From the NCBI RefSeq assembly GCF_006345805.1, contig NC_043004.1, positions 101,556,001 to 101,620,000 on the forward strand: a stretch of 64,000 nucleotides of DNA, read 5' to 3'. Shown here in pieces: positions 62,798 to 64,000 of this stretch (position 1 is the stretch's first letter; every line of letters starts with the position of its first letter). The position numbers were made by a program, and so were the translations under genes. Below the pieces are notes generated by a model. That model was not told the origin of the DNA, made no database searches, and saw only the letters and a program-made list of their open reading frames with translations. This DNA comes from Octopus sinensis. Lineage: Eukaryota.

Positions 62798-63169
62798 TAT
62801 CATCAATATCATTTTATGTCTGTCTTCTATGCTGCTATGAATTGGATAGGCTTCTTTAGTCTTTGCAGTCTTTCATCATTTGGGCACACCGCCACAAAAA
62901 ACTAAATAAATTTTGCTGCTCTGAAAGTCATGTGCTTTTTTTTATCAGTAATGGATAATCTTCTTCACAAACCACCACAGTGTGGACTTGGCATATTTTA
63001 TCAAGCCTCCTGCACTAGACAGGTCGTATACTGCAAAACTAAAAAGTTCCCCATATTCTTTGTTGGTTATTATTTGAAGTTACTACCTGCCTGGATAGGG
63101 TCCCTGTTATGCAAATTGTAGGAGTCCATTTCTGTTTTGCATTTTGTGTATAAATCTATATAGGCACAA

Positions 63170-63330
63170 TTGTGGCTGGCTGTATGGTTAAGAAGCTTGT
63201 TTACTAACTATACGGTCTCCGGTTCAATCCTACTGTGGCACCTGGGGCAAGTATCTTCTACTATAGCTCTAGGAATACAAAAGGCTTGTGAGTGGGTTTC
63301 ATAGACAGAAACTGAAAGAAGCCTGTCATT
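63170..63330 (+). mobile_element. Family A SINE head only
   Basis: gtggctggctgtatggttaagaagc...gaaactgaaagaagcctgtc followed by (TA)n. Confidence 0.75.
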
Positions 63331-63336
63331 CATATA

Positions 63337-63377
<41 letters not shown>

Positions 63378-63687
63378 GAAATCATATGATCTGCAGCTGA
63401 ATTTGTTTTTAAAAGGCTTGCTTTGAGAGTTGCATTCCTTCACGTTCGATACAAAATCTGTTTATTATGGTAGTTTTGACTTTAAGAGTCCTTCCTAGCA
63501 TGAGGCATTTATGTATAGTAATGCCCTTAATATAAATAAATATATTTAAAGGGAATGATTAATAAATTTTTCCCTCAAGAGGTTTTTCACATTAACTACT
63601 TGATAATTTCTTATAAAGATTTTATCCTATTTTTAAAATTATACACACACACACACATATATACATATATGCACACACACACAGATA

Positions 63688-64000
63688 CAGGGTGTTTACG
63701 CTAAATTTAACAGCTTGTGTAAAAGGAAAAGGAAAGACAACATCCCATCCCAAAATAAAAGTATTTTAAAAAATCAAAAAGTTTCAATTAAACTATGGCT
63801 GGGAGATGACAATTTACTCAAAGTAGCCATCTCCGGCTTCCAGCATGGCCTCAAGATGGTTCTGGAACCTGGTGAATGCATTGTTCACTGTGTTCCTGGG
63901 AAAATTTTCAAACACCTCCTTGACCTTGGCCACCAACTCAGCCTTGGTGTTGCAGGCAGAGCGATGTCTTTCATAACCATGCTCCATGCATACTAATCCA
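63688..64000 (-). mobile_element. Tc1/mariner transposon right end with transposase C-terminus (runs off the window)
   Basis: TA|CAGGGTG terminus at 63686-63694; minus SACNTKAELVAKVKEVFENFPRNTVNNAFTRFQNHLEAMLEAGDGYFE* (stop 63814-63816). Confidence 0.88.

Overview
AT-rich, repeat-dense eukaryotic genomic DNA, most likely Octopus; this is inferred from remembered octopus-type repeat families and the splice-gene architecture. Two spliced genes lie head-to-head. On the minus strand is the first coding exon (3128-2945) of a non-muscle/smooth-muscle-type myosin regulatory light chain, with a probable non-coding exon 1 near 38.0-38.3 kb and a ~35 kb first intron. On the plus strand are the first 11 coding exons (40031-62437, 397 codons, all GT-AG, frame continuous) of Mediator subunit MED23, which continues beyond the window. 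Between them is a ~1.7 kb divergent promoter containing a CT/GA minisatellite. The rest is tRNA-derived SINEs (3-4 families), RTE and CR1-type LINE fragments, non-autonomous Helitrons, hAT/mariner/pogo/piggyBac-type MITEs and many nested insertions. Best non-routine observations: a minimal type I hammerhead ribozyme motif (21853-21890, minus), a second decayed one (41197-41238), a pri-miRNA-like hairpin (32656-32746, plus) next to a candidate non-coding exon, a PHD-type finger inside an RTE reverse transcriptase, and an antisense SINE carrying a ready-made cassette exon directly after MED23 exon 8. All calls were made by eye; family names and homologies are from memory, and repeat boundaries are approximate unless a TSD is quoted.
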